64,000 nt of DNA. It comes from Chara braunii. Its lineage: Eukaryota; Plantae; Charophyceae. Shown piece by piece: positions 49,570 to 61,779 of this stretch. Under the pieces are notes generated by a model that made no database searches, had not been told where the DNA came from, and saw nothing but the letters and a program-made list of their open reading frames with translations. Both the position numbers and the translations under genes were made by a program. The stretch spans positions 3,247,520-3,311,519 of the forward strand of contig BFEA01000005.1 of NCBI GenBank assembly GCA_003427395.1. Direction: 5' to 3'. Every line of letters starts with the position of its first letter. The first letter of the stretch is position 1.

Positions 49570-50583
49570 TCCCCGAGTTGACGACAAAGCATAAGGATAT
49601 GTTAAAGGCATCGAGGGTTGATATCGAGATCGAAAAAAAGGAGCATGTCATTGCCATTGAGGAGTGTCTTTCCCTTCTGCCCCCAGAGAAAGGGACATAT
49701 CCACGATCTGTGAGTAGGGGTCAGGCCATGTATGAAAAATACTTAGCAACGCGTCGTGCAATGGAGGACAATGCTTAGAACTCCGTTTCTCACTACCCCT
49801 CGTGTCTTTTGCTCCACGTTGTGCAGTGCGAGCCACAACACATAAAACACACGGGGGAAGATTCGCTGCAGCGACTACGTCTCGAAGCTTGCAGGTTTTG
49901 AACGATATTAAACGAGGCTTGGTGCCACCTCACACTGTTCTCTCTACCCCCATCGATGGTCAATTGCGAATTGCCGCAAAAGATTTTCTCACCCTCTTGC
50001 ATATCGATGGCAGGGTGAATAACAAGATGATCAATTTTTACATGACGCTCCTGGGGTCGACTGCATGTGCGATATGTGACATTCCGTCAGGCCTTCAAGT
50101 CTTCAGCTTTAATTCGTTCTTCTTCAGTAAACTGCAACTTCAAGGACACGGTGGGGTGAAAAGGTAAGCTAAAAACGTAGATCTGCTTCAATATGATATT
50201 ATCTTTGTTCCTATCCACAAAGATGATCACTGAATCCTCCTTTCCGTCAACTTGAGAGATAATGTTCTCGAGATTTGCGATTCTTATCCTTGCGTTATGG
50301 CTGATTCGAGTTTTTACCTTAGTGTTTTCGAATGGTTGTATAATATTTGGAACGTCAAACATTACATAGGCGATCGGGTAGGAGTAGGAAGTCCATGGCA
50401 ACAAATGTTGTGGTGGAAGGAGTTACAAGACAAGTGGATGGAGCTAGTTGTGGGGTGTTAATGTTGATCTTTGAGACATTGTTGCAACATGGTGATCCAT
50501 CACCTTTCAGGTTCTCTTGTAAAGATATTCCGCTTATTAGACGACAATTGACATCACATATCTTGGAACGCCGTTGTCTTTGA
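49570..50583 (+). pseudogene. Ulp1/SENP-family (C48) cysteine protease
   Basis: GRVNNKMINFY; FNSFFFSKL; YDIIFVPIHKDDH*IL (His); ICDS (Asp); QVDGASCGV (oxyanion Gln, Cys); stops at Trp positions and a frameshift. Confidence 0.88.
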
Positions 50584-51294
50584 TGGATTTGATTGACTTA
50601 GAAACTTCCTTTTGAAAATATTTCATTCATTAATGATTATATTTTGTAAATCCTGACCTTACCCAATTGTCGTTTCCCCAACTACATTGCTTTATTTTAT
50701 CGTTGCGGGTTTGCGTTGTCTTTGACATGCTCACTGTCAGTCTGGTGTCACGTGTTGATTTTCGAATCTTTGTCACGTCCTAGTCGTCTCTCATGAAGCA
50801 GAGCAAGTGCACATTGCGTTCCTTGTTTTAAATTATGTTTAAGTGAACCAAAAGTGTACATATGATTGGCATCAAATAATATCGGTGATTGTAGTGCAAC
50901 ATGACAAATTGGTGTGTGGATGCAAAACAGATCTCGTGTGTGGTTCATTCTGCAAATACCCCTAACATCACGTCTCTTGCCTGCCCATAGGATCACATGC
51001 CTTGTGACCGCCTCCATTACATGTAACCAATATTTTTGTATTCGTACCTAAGTCTTTTGTGCATAGCCAATTAAAGTACGGATTCAATAAAAAATATGCA
51101 ATATTTAAACTTTTTGGAATCTTGTGTAATATGACAGGTGTTGTCGCAGAAAACAAAATTGTATGTCAAAATTAACTGTTTATTACAAGACGAACGGTGA
51201 ACATCTTTGAGTTGTATTTTGACTACTACTGTAACTGTTACATTACTTGAAGTTTACAATGACACATTGTTCAAAGCAAACATGTCTAAGAAAG

Positions 51295-51860
51295 ATACAA
51301 TCATGATACCTTGCTCATCACAATTATAAACAAGTATGGATCTCAGCACACTTCCGCATGTCGGGCAAGATGGTGGGCGTGTCCATCATCACACTAAGTA
51401 TTCTAAAGAAGTCCGGATTTCATCAACATCCATACAACCGTCTCGCGCGAGATAATGGGCATGCCTGCACAACTTAGAAATGACTTGAAGAAAAGTATTA
51501 TTCAGCAAAAATTCACTTATGACACCTTGCTCATCACATACATAAACAGTTTAACAAGTATGGATCTCAACACACTTCCGCACAGGGTTCCCGGATGGGT
51601 GTGCCTATCGTTACACTAAGTCTTCTAAAGAAGACTTAGTCCTGATCTCATCGAACCTCCAAACAACCGTCGTAGGCGAGAAGATGGACATGCGTGTACA
51701 ACGTATGGATAACCTAAATAATTATATTGTCCAACGAGGATTTAATCATGACACCTTGCTCATCTCGTTTAGAAAGTTTAACAAGTATGGATCTTAGCAC
51801 GCTTCCGCATTTGATATCTCATTTATATAGTTTAACAAGTATGGATCTCAGCATACTACA
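51295..51860. repeat. Degenerate ~220-bp tandem repeat (~3 copies)
   Basis: Recurring ATGA(T/C)ACCTTGCTCATC..AACAAGTATGGATCTCAGCAC.CTTCCGCA. Confidence 0.75.
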
Positions 51861-52799
51861 TTGCTTACGCTACAACCAAAAATGAATTCGTTAGAAAGAG
51901 GACACAATATAATATCTTATTTTAACGAATAACATGTTGCTTTCTTGGGTGAGTCAGTCTGCATCGCCGACACTTCACTCAAGGTCAGTTAACGACTCAA
52001 ACCCCTCACTCCCCACGCGAACCCACACTTTGCTTGCCCCATTTTCTTTCTTTGAATGTTCAGTTGAAAGGAGAGGCTTGATAATGTGTGTTCAAACGTG
52101 AAAAGGCAGTGTTGTCTGATCCCGTGTGTCCTTGTCTATCCTCGAAAACTGCCTTGACTTTGTATTTTGTTGCAGGCATGTGAGCGAAAGTTTGGTATGT
52201 GTAACGAAGACTAGGGTTTTGTGGGTGTAACGCTTTATCTGTGCAAAACTTAAATGCTTTCTTGTCCGTAAGAATCTTGGTCGATTGAGGGTCACGAGGG
52301 AGAAATTTCGTCATTAATTTGCCTTTCTCCATTCGACTATACGATTTCTGAATTAGGAATTCAACGGTATGGATCGTTCGTTATGAGGTGACCCTCACCT
52401 ATTACCCACAACACAAAAAGAAGGTAAAATGCGGTGAAACGGGTCTACTGAACTCTTTCGTTTTATACTTCTTTCCTTAACTATCTTGCGCATAAGAAAC
52501 TGCTCCTACAAGCATGCGCCTAGCAGCCTCGTCTGGCTCGAGCGGGCACCAAGGAAGGATGAGCGGTCTCAGAGTCAAGTTCCCAATTTTCGCAGGCATC
52601 GTGGGATCAAGAAGCGATAGGATTTGCCTCATTATTAGTCTTGCTCACGCTCGATGTCATTCTATTTATTGTCCACCCTCTTATATATTTCATTTCACTT
52701 CAAGGTTTCGACGTTGTCGGTTCTTTTAGGACGATAGCAAGAGTTAGTCCGCCGTAGTCTCCATCCCTCGGTGTGCCAAACCTCGGCTAAGGAAGCAAA

Positions 52800-53357
52800 A
52801 TGGCCAACCGAAATATGAAGGCGTGGGTAGCAGATAACTCAAGTGCCGCAAGCGATGCTGCCTTGAGCAGTTCACGACGGGGAAGCGCGGTGGTTGCCAC
52901 CATCATGTTGTTTCCAAATAAGACGGAGGTGAGGGCGTTTGTTGTTGCTACCGCGGGAGGATTTAGTCAAGGATGGGCGAGAGCCAGCCGCATGGTCTTT
53001 CATCCACCGGATGTCTATCCGATCGAGGTAGAGCTCAGGGAAGACCAAGGAACCCTCGAGGACCCGCGAGTTTACGCATTCCTGATTACGACCATGAAGT
53101 TGCTACTGAGCATTGGCTTTGTCCTCTCAAAGATGCACCGGAGGGACATAGGGGTTGTCTACGACGTCGTGAACGAGACAATCTATCACAAGTTCGAGGA
53201 CAAGATCATGTGGTTGTCCCTACAGATTACGCAAAACCACCACGCTCGGCAAGGACCATTTGTGTTCATCCAACATTATGACTGTTGTCGGTGCGAATAT
53301 CCTTATAAGGGTATCCGCACTGGTTTTCGCAAGCGACAGAAAATAAGTTTGATTTAA
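52800..53357 (+). CDS. Hypothetical 185-aa protein
   Basis: ATG-initiated uninterrupted ORF with globular composition and coding-like GC between AT-richer flanks; no motif recognised. Confidence 0.4.
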   Translation: MANRNMKAWVADNSSAASDAALSSSRRGSAVVATIMLFPNKTEVRAFVVATAGGFSQGWARASRMVFHPPDVYPIEVELREDQGTLEDPRVYAFLITTMKLLLSIGFVLSKMHRRDIGVVYDVVNETIYHKFEDKIMWLSLQITQNHHARQGPFVFIQHYDCCRCEYPYKGIRTGFRKRQKISLI

Positions 53358-56339
53358 AGATTGAGTATTCCACGCAAGGGCGCGGCTACGTCTGTGGTTT
53401 ACGTTGACTGAATGGTTGACTAGAACAGAGAGTGTGTGGGCGCGCAGAGTTGAGGCGCGCATGATCATTTATTTTTGATTGATGATTGTGAAAGTCGGTG
53501 TAGATGTCAGCCGGATTTTCATTTCTGATTAACCTAGGATTAAAAAGATTTTGTCTTGTAATAGGTATGCTTGCTGGTGATTTGTGCGGACGTGCGGAGG
53601 ACGACATCGACAAGAGCGTGAATTTTCGAACGTCTTGGTAGGTCTGCGCGTTGCGCGGTGTTAGTTATGTTAGGTATTCGTCAGAGCTAGACCAGGACTT
53701 GGGCCTAACATTATTGGTTATAGTGCCAGACTTTCATCGGAGAAATTCGGGGATCGAGGACGAGCGGCGACGACGCGGGGATATCAGACTAGCGTGAAGG
53801 AACCGAGGGAGTGGGGGCCCGGTGGGGCTATCCTCCTTCGTTTTGCCTACGACGGCGTCAGGACGGAGCTAGCGTTTTCCTCCTTTTCTTGTTCGCCGTC
53901 TTCTACCGATTCAAAGCTTCTAAGTGTTTTTTTATTATTTATTGACATATTATTTTTATTATCTGGCTCCGGCGTTCCTTGACTCAGACGCGACGCCAGA
54001 TTTGGAGGTCATCTCGACGGTTGAGGGCTTTGAACACGCGCGCTTTTTTTCTTTGACCTAGGGGTTCCTCGCATGTACGGGATGTTGTTGTAGGTCCTTG
54101 GTACCACCAAGAGTCGTGCAGGGCCCAGTCCACCAGGACCTGTGCTGAGCCTTGCAGCAGGCCGCGCCGCAACGAGCTGCCTGCATGGGGACCGACTGTT
54201 GGGGGCCGGAAGAAGTGGAGAGCTCCGCTTGGGGGGAGCAGATCGGAGAAGAGGTCGTAGCGGAGCCAACAGGCTCTGGCCACAATGCCCGCTGTCTGGC
54301 TGTCCAAATTGGCCCGTGCGCTGCTGCGTTAGCACAGTTTGCTGAGCAAAAGCGAGGCGCAGCAGGGCTGAAGCAGCGGATCGAATAGCCTCGAAGGCAG
54401 AGCGGAGCGAAGCGGGCTGGAACAGCGGATCGAGCAGCCTCGAAGGCAGAGCGGAGCGGAGCGGGCTGAAGGAGCGGGCCGGGGGCAAGACGGAGCTGCG
54501 GAAGCAGATGATGGATGAGAAGAGGCAGGGGAAGAAAATGTCGACCTCTCCCGTTTCTTTATGAAAACAGGGGAGGGAAGATTCGTTTCTTGTGTTTTTA
54601 GGGTCAGCGAAATGATTGGTGGAATCAAGTTGGGCAGTGGGGCAGTAGAGTGGGAGTTAGTAGTAGCAAGGACCGCGTGAAGGTGTCGAGCACGGAGGTT
54701 CTCAGAGACGGGGGATGGCCAGAGTCGACAACTAAGTACCCCGCTTATTTTCACTTGCGAGATCGGACGAGAAGAGGAGTCGGTAGGGGGTTTTCGTGGA
54801 AGGCAAAGGCCAAAGGCGAGCCCGATTTCCAACATGAACGGGTTGATCCGGCGCAGCAAGCGCTAAGAACCGATCGGAGGGGGAAATTCAAGTTAGCATA
54901 AATATGGCGAGGTACCTACCCGCCTTTTAGCTACAGATTCGGTCTCCACCCCCCCCGCCTACCTAGAAGGAGGTGCATTGAGTGCAGGACCGGACTTCGA
55001 GCGGCGGGGAGACGGATATGGAAGTTGGGAGAGATGGAGTGAGCGAATGCTTACCTTAAGAAGAAGTCGGAGGTGTCAGCGTTTCCATTGGTAATGAGCT
55101 TAAATCTGTGGCGAAACTGCAACTACCACCCCGTATTCTCCAAGTTGGCAAGGCTTCCGGATTGGACAACTGTGTTTGATTCGAAAGTAAGTAGGCTGCT
55201 CAAACTGCAAATGGGGCAGCAACAGAGCTTGAGGGCTTACCTCTAGCCAGAGCACAGCTCAGACTAATAAACTGAGTAACGGAAGGGAAAGGAAGCTGCA
55301 AGCGGGGAGTAGGCTCAAACACTTACCTGTAGGTTGGCGCGTTACTCTTTCTACACGACTAGAGGCAACAAAGAAGAGGCCGTTAGCCTTCAAGCTGACG
55401 TTGGTTTAGTGGTAGGACGAGTGAAGCGAGACGAAACGGAAGCAAGCTGAGGGTTGTGGACAGTGGACTGCAGACTTAACCATCGGTTGGGATCGCCGCC
55501 GGTTGTTTTATGCTAAGTAGTGAAGACTGAGGGGCGAAGGTGAAGACTTATCGCGGCGAGGAGAGAGAAGCGAGGTTGGAGACGACCTGCGGGATAGCAA
55601 GAAAAGGAGTTGCGAATCTTTGCATATTTATTCGTTGGCCGAGGTGCCGCTCGCTCCACCGATCAGGCTAGCTGCAGATTACGACGACGAAGGGAAGCGA
55701 GTACCTACCTAGCAAGGTTGCAGCGGCAGGGAGTCTAAGATTGGAAAAGGGGTGTTGTTGTGTCTGGGAGGACCATCGGGAAGTCAACGTATGGCGTCTA
55801 GACTCCGGTTGACCAAGCTGTTGTTGTGTTTTGGGTACCATTGTGGGGCCCTCAGGCGAGTGAAGGTATCAAGGCCCTCTCCTGAAAGTTGAGTTGTCCC
55901 CCTCTTGTATCTCGAGAGTCAAAAACCCCTCCTTCTACCCTTTCTATTCTAAGTCTAATCATGTTCTGAGAGGAAGGCGGCAGGCGGGATTGCAACCCGT
56001 AGGACCGCAGCAAGACTCTGTGGGGAGTCTGTCCACCGATTGCGGGAGCTCTGTCGGAACTTAGGAGGAGTTTTGGAGGCAGGGAACGGAAAGGTAATCA
56101 TTGCTTCCCCTCTATAAACCCGGTTATAACCCTTATCTGTATTCCTTGATATGTTTTGACTGAGTATACTGTGTGCGTCCCTACTTTGACTTTTTGAACT
56201 GACTTTCAAGATGTAACCGAACTAAGTAAAAGAGTGTATGTGCAATGTCAGTTTCAATTTCATTGTTTGACTGAAAGTAGAATGTGGGGTTGCATTTGGG
56301 CGAAGGATGGGAGAAAGGCAGTACTGCATGTGTCTGACC

Positions 56340-57000
56340 GGGTCAACCAAAGGTTGGGCCAGTTCCATAAATTTGGGAAGACCCAGTGCTATGTTTATTT
56401 TAAATTGTTTGGAGAACCAGACATGTTCCATAAGTTTGGGTGGTCTGGTTGCTCTGACTGTGAAGGATGACTGTGGATGACTTCCAGGGACCAAGCATGT
56501 TCCATAAGTTTGGGTGGCTTGGTCGCTTTGTTTACTTTGGGTTTCCTTCAGTTTCTTTCTGTTCTTGGTTTTGAGAGAAATGAACCAGGTTGAGGACCAA
56601 GACATGTTCCATAAGTTTGGGTGGTCTTGGTACAACGCCTCGCTAATGCTGGAACCAGAAGGTTATAATTTGGCTATATGAATAAGCTAGTCAAACAGGG
56701 TTCCATAAGTTTGGGTGGTCTGACTATAGCCTATCACCAACTGAAGAGAGTATTAATTAAGAATAAACTTGTGGTAAGAAGGGGCAGACTGAGTCTTGAG
56801 CTGAAGATGATCGACTCAGTTATATGCTACCTCAAAAGACTAAGTGCAGATAATTATATAAATTTTGGATATTTAAACAGTTCAGAGCGGCTAGGGTGGC
56901 CTAGTCATATGCCCAAATAAGAGAAAAGTTGTTGTGCCTTGTGTTTGTGTACACCTTATGGATGAGCTAGAAATGTTCCATAAGTTTGGGTGGTCTAGCT
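56340..57000. repeat. Dispersed motif GTTCCATAAGTTTGGGTGGTCT (~6 copies)
   Basis: Copies near 56361, 56425, 56499, 56606, 56700, 56975. Confidence 0.8.
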
Positions 57001-57878
57001 TTATGCCCAATGTAAGATGGGTATAAGGGGATAAATCATTGAAAGACTATGAACTATTGTTTGCTAAGTTGACTTTGGGGATGGTGAGAGTACTTACCTT
57101 TGTGGTTTCGCCTGCATGTGACTGAATGAGGTTGTTGCTTAGTCTGATTTTCAGTTTGATAGGTAGTTGCTTTAGTCACTCGCCACGTGCTAGAGCCATA
57201 GGAGTTAGTTTCAATTCCTGCATTTTTTTAGCAAAGTTTTTTTTACTTAAATCAATTCTCGCATTTTCTGGGATCTTTTGTTATACTTGGCTTTGTATAA
57301 ATTTTTGTAAGCTACTTTCTCTCCGGGAAGCGCTGCCGAAATTTCTGCAAATCCAAAGAGTTGATCAACTTTTGACTTTTCAAAGTTCAACTTGTCTAAA
57401 TTTTATATGGCTTAGTAAAAATCTGGGAAGTCTCCCTTTCTAAAGGGAATGCTGCCCGAATTTTTGCTAATCCAGGGAGTTTGACAAAATTTGACTTTGG
57501 AAGATTGAATATTATTTATGTTTTCATATTTAGACTGATATAAATTCTGAAAGGGCACTTCTCCTACCGGAAGCGCTGCCGAAATTTTCTTAATTTAAAG
57601 GAGTTAGATTATATTTTGACATGTGGCAATTCTGGGAAATTCACTCTGTACAGAGGAGATTCTGCCAGGGTCTACCTTTCTTTTGACACTTACTTGGAGG
57701 TAGTCTTAGGCTTAGGTAATTACGATGATTTGAATGAGATCGTGATATGGGGACTATTCCCCATGGACTTATAGATTTAGCTTGGGGATTGACATGTCTT
57801 GTGTTACAGGTCTTCTTTATCGATTGATTCAGGATTTGGGCTAGATTCATCTTGATCCTACAAAAATAATCTTCTGTT

Positions 57879-58193
57879 ATCACTGATAACAGGTCGGTTG
57901 TCGATTCGTCGGTTTACGACTCAAGTCCAATCCACTCTTGCCACTCAACCTAAGGGCTTTAGCCTTGTGATTTGAATTGTTTTGTTGTGTTTTTACCCGG
58001 ACTTTATTTGAATGGTCATTTAAAGAAAAGTACTGATCACTGATAACAGGTCGGTTGCCGATTCGTCGGTTTATGACTTAACTCCAATAAACTCTGGTCA
58101 CTCAACCTAAAGGCTTTAGCCTTGTGATTTGAATTGTTTTGTTGTGTTTTCACCCGGACTTTATTTGAATGGTCATTTAAAGAAAAGTACTGA
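57879..58193. repeat. Two tandem 157-bp copies
   Basis: ATCACTGATAACAGGTCGGTTG...AAAGAAAAGTACTG twice. Confidence 0.9.
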
Positions 58194-61000
58194 GCATTTT
58201 ATTTTGAGGAGTTGCACAAGAATGAGGTTTGTATAGCTAAAAGCAAGGGGTGTGAGTGCAGAGAATGGTTGTAGTTGACCCCGTGTAGTATATGGACTTT
58301 TTGGTTGGATCTTTGATGTGATTGCATGTATGTTTGGTGATTCGGACTCTGGATTTGACTGCCTACGCTCACATACATATATATGGGTGATAGGAGGCCC
58401 ACTGTGACTGTGAGAAGTGATCGTCCTATATTAATAACCCTCTATATATGATATATATATATATATATCTTGAGTGTTTCGCGCGGCCTATTGAGACCAC
58501 GCGTAAGGGTTAAACAGATCGTGTGCTTGAGAGAAGAGGGAGATCCCCTGTTATCCTTTCCTTTTTAGATTTTTATGGTTGGACGTTGTAGCCCGTGGCA
58601 ACCGTCAAAGTCAAACCCCGTGACTGTTCTTCAGGCCCTAGATGATAGACCTGGTCTCCAGGGCGATAAGAGGCGATTGTCACCACAGGTATGAACCTAT
58701 GTACCACCCACTCTCTGCAGGGTGCAGAAGAGGGTGTGGTTTTCAACCGCCCTTGGCGGTTGTCCAGCGTCGAGAGATTAACCCTCAAGGTGCGTGTCAG
58801 CCGACACTTGAGTGTCGAATGCGACCCTCGAGATTAACGAGGACCGCATGAGTATGGGTACTACATAGTACGCCATCACTACGACCTCTTGCGTACGTTT
58901 GCATTGCGAGTCGATATGAGTTAGCCCTGCGTCCGCGCGGTTTTATATTAAGTCTCCCGCGAGACGCTTATCCGATTTCCGCATCGGAAAGTTATAGGAT
59001 GGCTACTAAGGGACTAGGAGTGTTGTCGCGTTGTTTGTTTTGTGTCGTTTCGTATATATGTACGTATGTGTGTGTGTGTTTTTGCTTTTATGTTCTTATA
59101 GTGGTGTGCGTGTGGTGTGTGGGATGCGTCCTAGTCGACCGGCGACGAGCCGCGCTTTGGACCTCAGCCCCCCCAAGATGTCGGTCCCGTGCGGGTCCGA
59201 TAGAGGCGTACTACCGCGCGTACCCCCTATGCTACAGCGAACGAGAAACGCCCTCGGTTGGTCTACCTCTGCGATTGCAACTGATCAGCTTTCGTACTAT
59301 GGATTGGTAGCTCGGCGGGGATACGCCCACCGAAGGGAGGTGACAACTCCCGTAAGGTGGAGGTAAGTCATGCCTCGCGTAGGCCCTATCATGTCGTAGG
59401 GGCTCGCGAGAGGTATGGCTGACGCACTCGGCCGGAGCGGCTTGCGGAAGCTCCATGTATGTATCGCGACGAGGATTAAAGTCCAACTCTTGCGTGACGT
59501 GGCGGAGAGGGTCTCGCGCTGACCTTGTGCGGTGCTGGACCGATGCGCTCGACACCGCATAGGTCCATTCGATGTCGGTATCAGTGCCACAGAGAGATGT
59601 GATGATGAGATCCTTCCGCGACAGAAGGGGAGTCTGCTAAAACTCTTTCGTATTCGATGACGACTATTTTGTGGAGCGACGGGTGATTACGATGACGAGG
59701 ACGAGTGCGGAGGCTGACAATCAATGAGACGCTCATCAGGCGGCATGCTCGGTTGGATAGACGCGCACGGGGGACTCGCACGCTTCACGGCCGCTAAGCG
59801 TCACCTTCCACCATAGGTCCCTCTTGATTGGACCACTAGAAGGAGGATAGTTAAGCCTCTAGGATCAGATCATCAGGCTTCGGCCTTAAGGGTTAAAACA
59901 TAATCAATCCCGATTACCTTAGTGGTGCCGACCGAGAAAACATGGTCAACCCATCCCTATGATTATTATTTCCACGGCAATTGCCACTGGAGTCATGATG
60001 AGGGGCGAAGGCGGCAAATTTTTTTCTTTTTTTCTTTTTTTTTATACATCTAGGTTTGGTAGCCATCCGCAGTTGGGCGATAATCTTAACATTAGGAAGG
60101 ACGTAAGTGGCATGGGTGAAAGAAAGTCAGAGGAAAATAATAAAGATAAATATGGTCACATTGCTATGACACGTTGTTGTTCAATCAAGCAAGTTTCAAT
60201 CTATGTAAACTGTGAGTGTCAATGGTGCTACGAAGGAGACTCTCATATCGATCATATGTGCATTAATTGTGGGACGCTTTCAAATATTTTCCCTTCGGTC
60301 TCATGTGATGGGTAAGATAAAGGTATTCTTCCTGTTGGCAAATTTTGTAATCCTCGCGATAGGCTTTCGTTTCGTCACTAAGGCGAGTCACCACTCATGT
60401 ATTGCATCTATGTGTTTGTTTGCGGTATTAGTGTGTGCCCTGGTTTCTACATTCATGTGTTTGTTTGCGACATCTATGTGTGGTTGGTTGGTACATTCAT
60501 GTGTTTAGATGCGACATGTGAGGGCTTTAATGCGTGTTTGGTTGCAATATCAATGCTGTATTTCCCAAAGGGAAGTGCCCTAATAAAAAGGTTACAAGCA
60601 GACAGAGTCGTGATCGACCCGTCGAAGTCTAGTCGACCGACGCGGTCCGCAGAAAATCTGTCACCTATACAACGAACGGCTTCGTTGGGATCGATCTATA
60701 TTTATCTGTAAGAGTTGTCTGTACTACTGCGAACGAGCAAAACACCATTGGCTGGTCTACCTCTGCAATTGCACGTAAAAACTTTCATATGTAGATCAAT
60801 AGCTCGGTAGGGATACGCCTCTGAGGATGGTGACAGCTCCTCAGGGAAGACGAGTTGTGCCTCGCGGGACCCTGATCTGTCGTAGGGTAACGTGAGAAGT
60901 ACGACTGGCGCACCCGGGTAGAGAGGTAAACCCCATCGTTCAGCTTGATGAATCTCGAGGAAAACGTTCCGACTCGAAATGAAAAATATCAAACTCGTGC

Positions 61001-61570
61001 GTGATGCGGTCGGGAGATCCCCTTATGCAAGGAAACGTGAAGAGGGTTGTTTCGTCTGACAACGGGTTCAAACACACTCAGGTCAACGGGTACTGTACAC
61101 GGGTGAAGGGGAGATCTAGAGATCGAGCCTTGGATATTGTATTTGCTTCTGTAATAGATGAAAACCGTTTCACTCCTAAAGTTGGGTCTCATTCCGTCGT
61201 TGTTTGCACCTACTCGCCTTTTTCGGACGTCGCCCTGAGTGAACAGTTCGAAGAAGTCCATCGTCCGTTTTTGTGGGGAAATGGACTCAGATGGCCTAGA
61301 GAGTTAGCAGGCTATCTACCTATGCCTAGGACATGGGGCTTGCCAAGTCTCTACCCCCATACCCTTTGTTTGGCGGGGTTGATTTTCGACACCACGGAGT
61401 CGCGTCGGACAGTTGGTCATTTCGGATGGACAGTTGGTCATTTCGGATCGGCCTTTGGTCGGGGACCAACCAACGGTTTTCGGCAGCAGCGACAACCAAG
61501 TTCTTGGCTAGGGAATAACATTAGACCGGAGAACGGTTTTCAGCAGCAGCAACAGCCAAGTCCAGGGTAG
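61001..61570 (+). CDS. Hypothetical ORF / fragment
   Basis: 189-aa open frame with a repetitive C-terminus; no family recognised. Confidence 0.2.
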   Translation: MMRSGDPLMQGNVKRVVSSDNGFKHTQVNGYCTRVKGRSRDRALDIVFASVIDENRFTPKVGSHSVVVCTYSPFSDVALSEQFEEVHRPFLWGNGLRWPRELAGYLPMPRTWGLPSLYPHTLCLAGLIFDTTESRRTVGHFGWTVGHFGSAFGRGPTNGFRQQRQPSSWLGNNIRPENGFQQQQQPSPG

Positions 61571-61779
61571 ACAATCATAACTGAAATCAATAGGAGACAC
61601 GACTCACAACACTTGCTACGGGGAGGGGAGAAACGGTGTTCAAATAGACCATGGGACGACGAAGTGGTTTTCAAATAGAGCATGGGACGACGAAGCGGTG
61701 TTCAAATAGAGCATGGAGGGGGAAGTGGTGTTCAAATACAGCATAAGGTGACGAATTGTTACAAGCACACAATGTTATT

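Larger units (their letters stand above)
53668..59960 (+). mobile_element. Long non-coding repeat, probable giant (solo) LTR
   Basis: Begins TGTTAG; no coherent ORF; internal tandem motifs; 3' part shared with 34960-35445 and 60600-60950; no TSD found. Confidence 0.4.
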
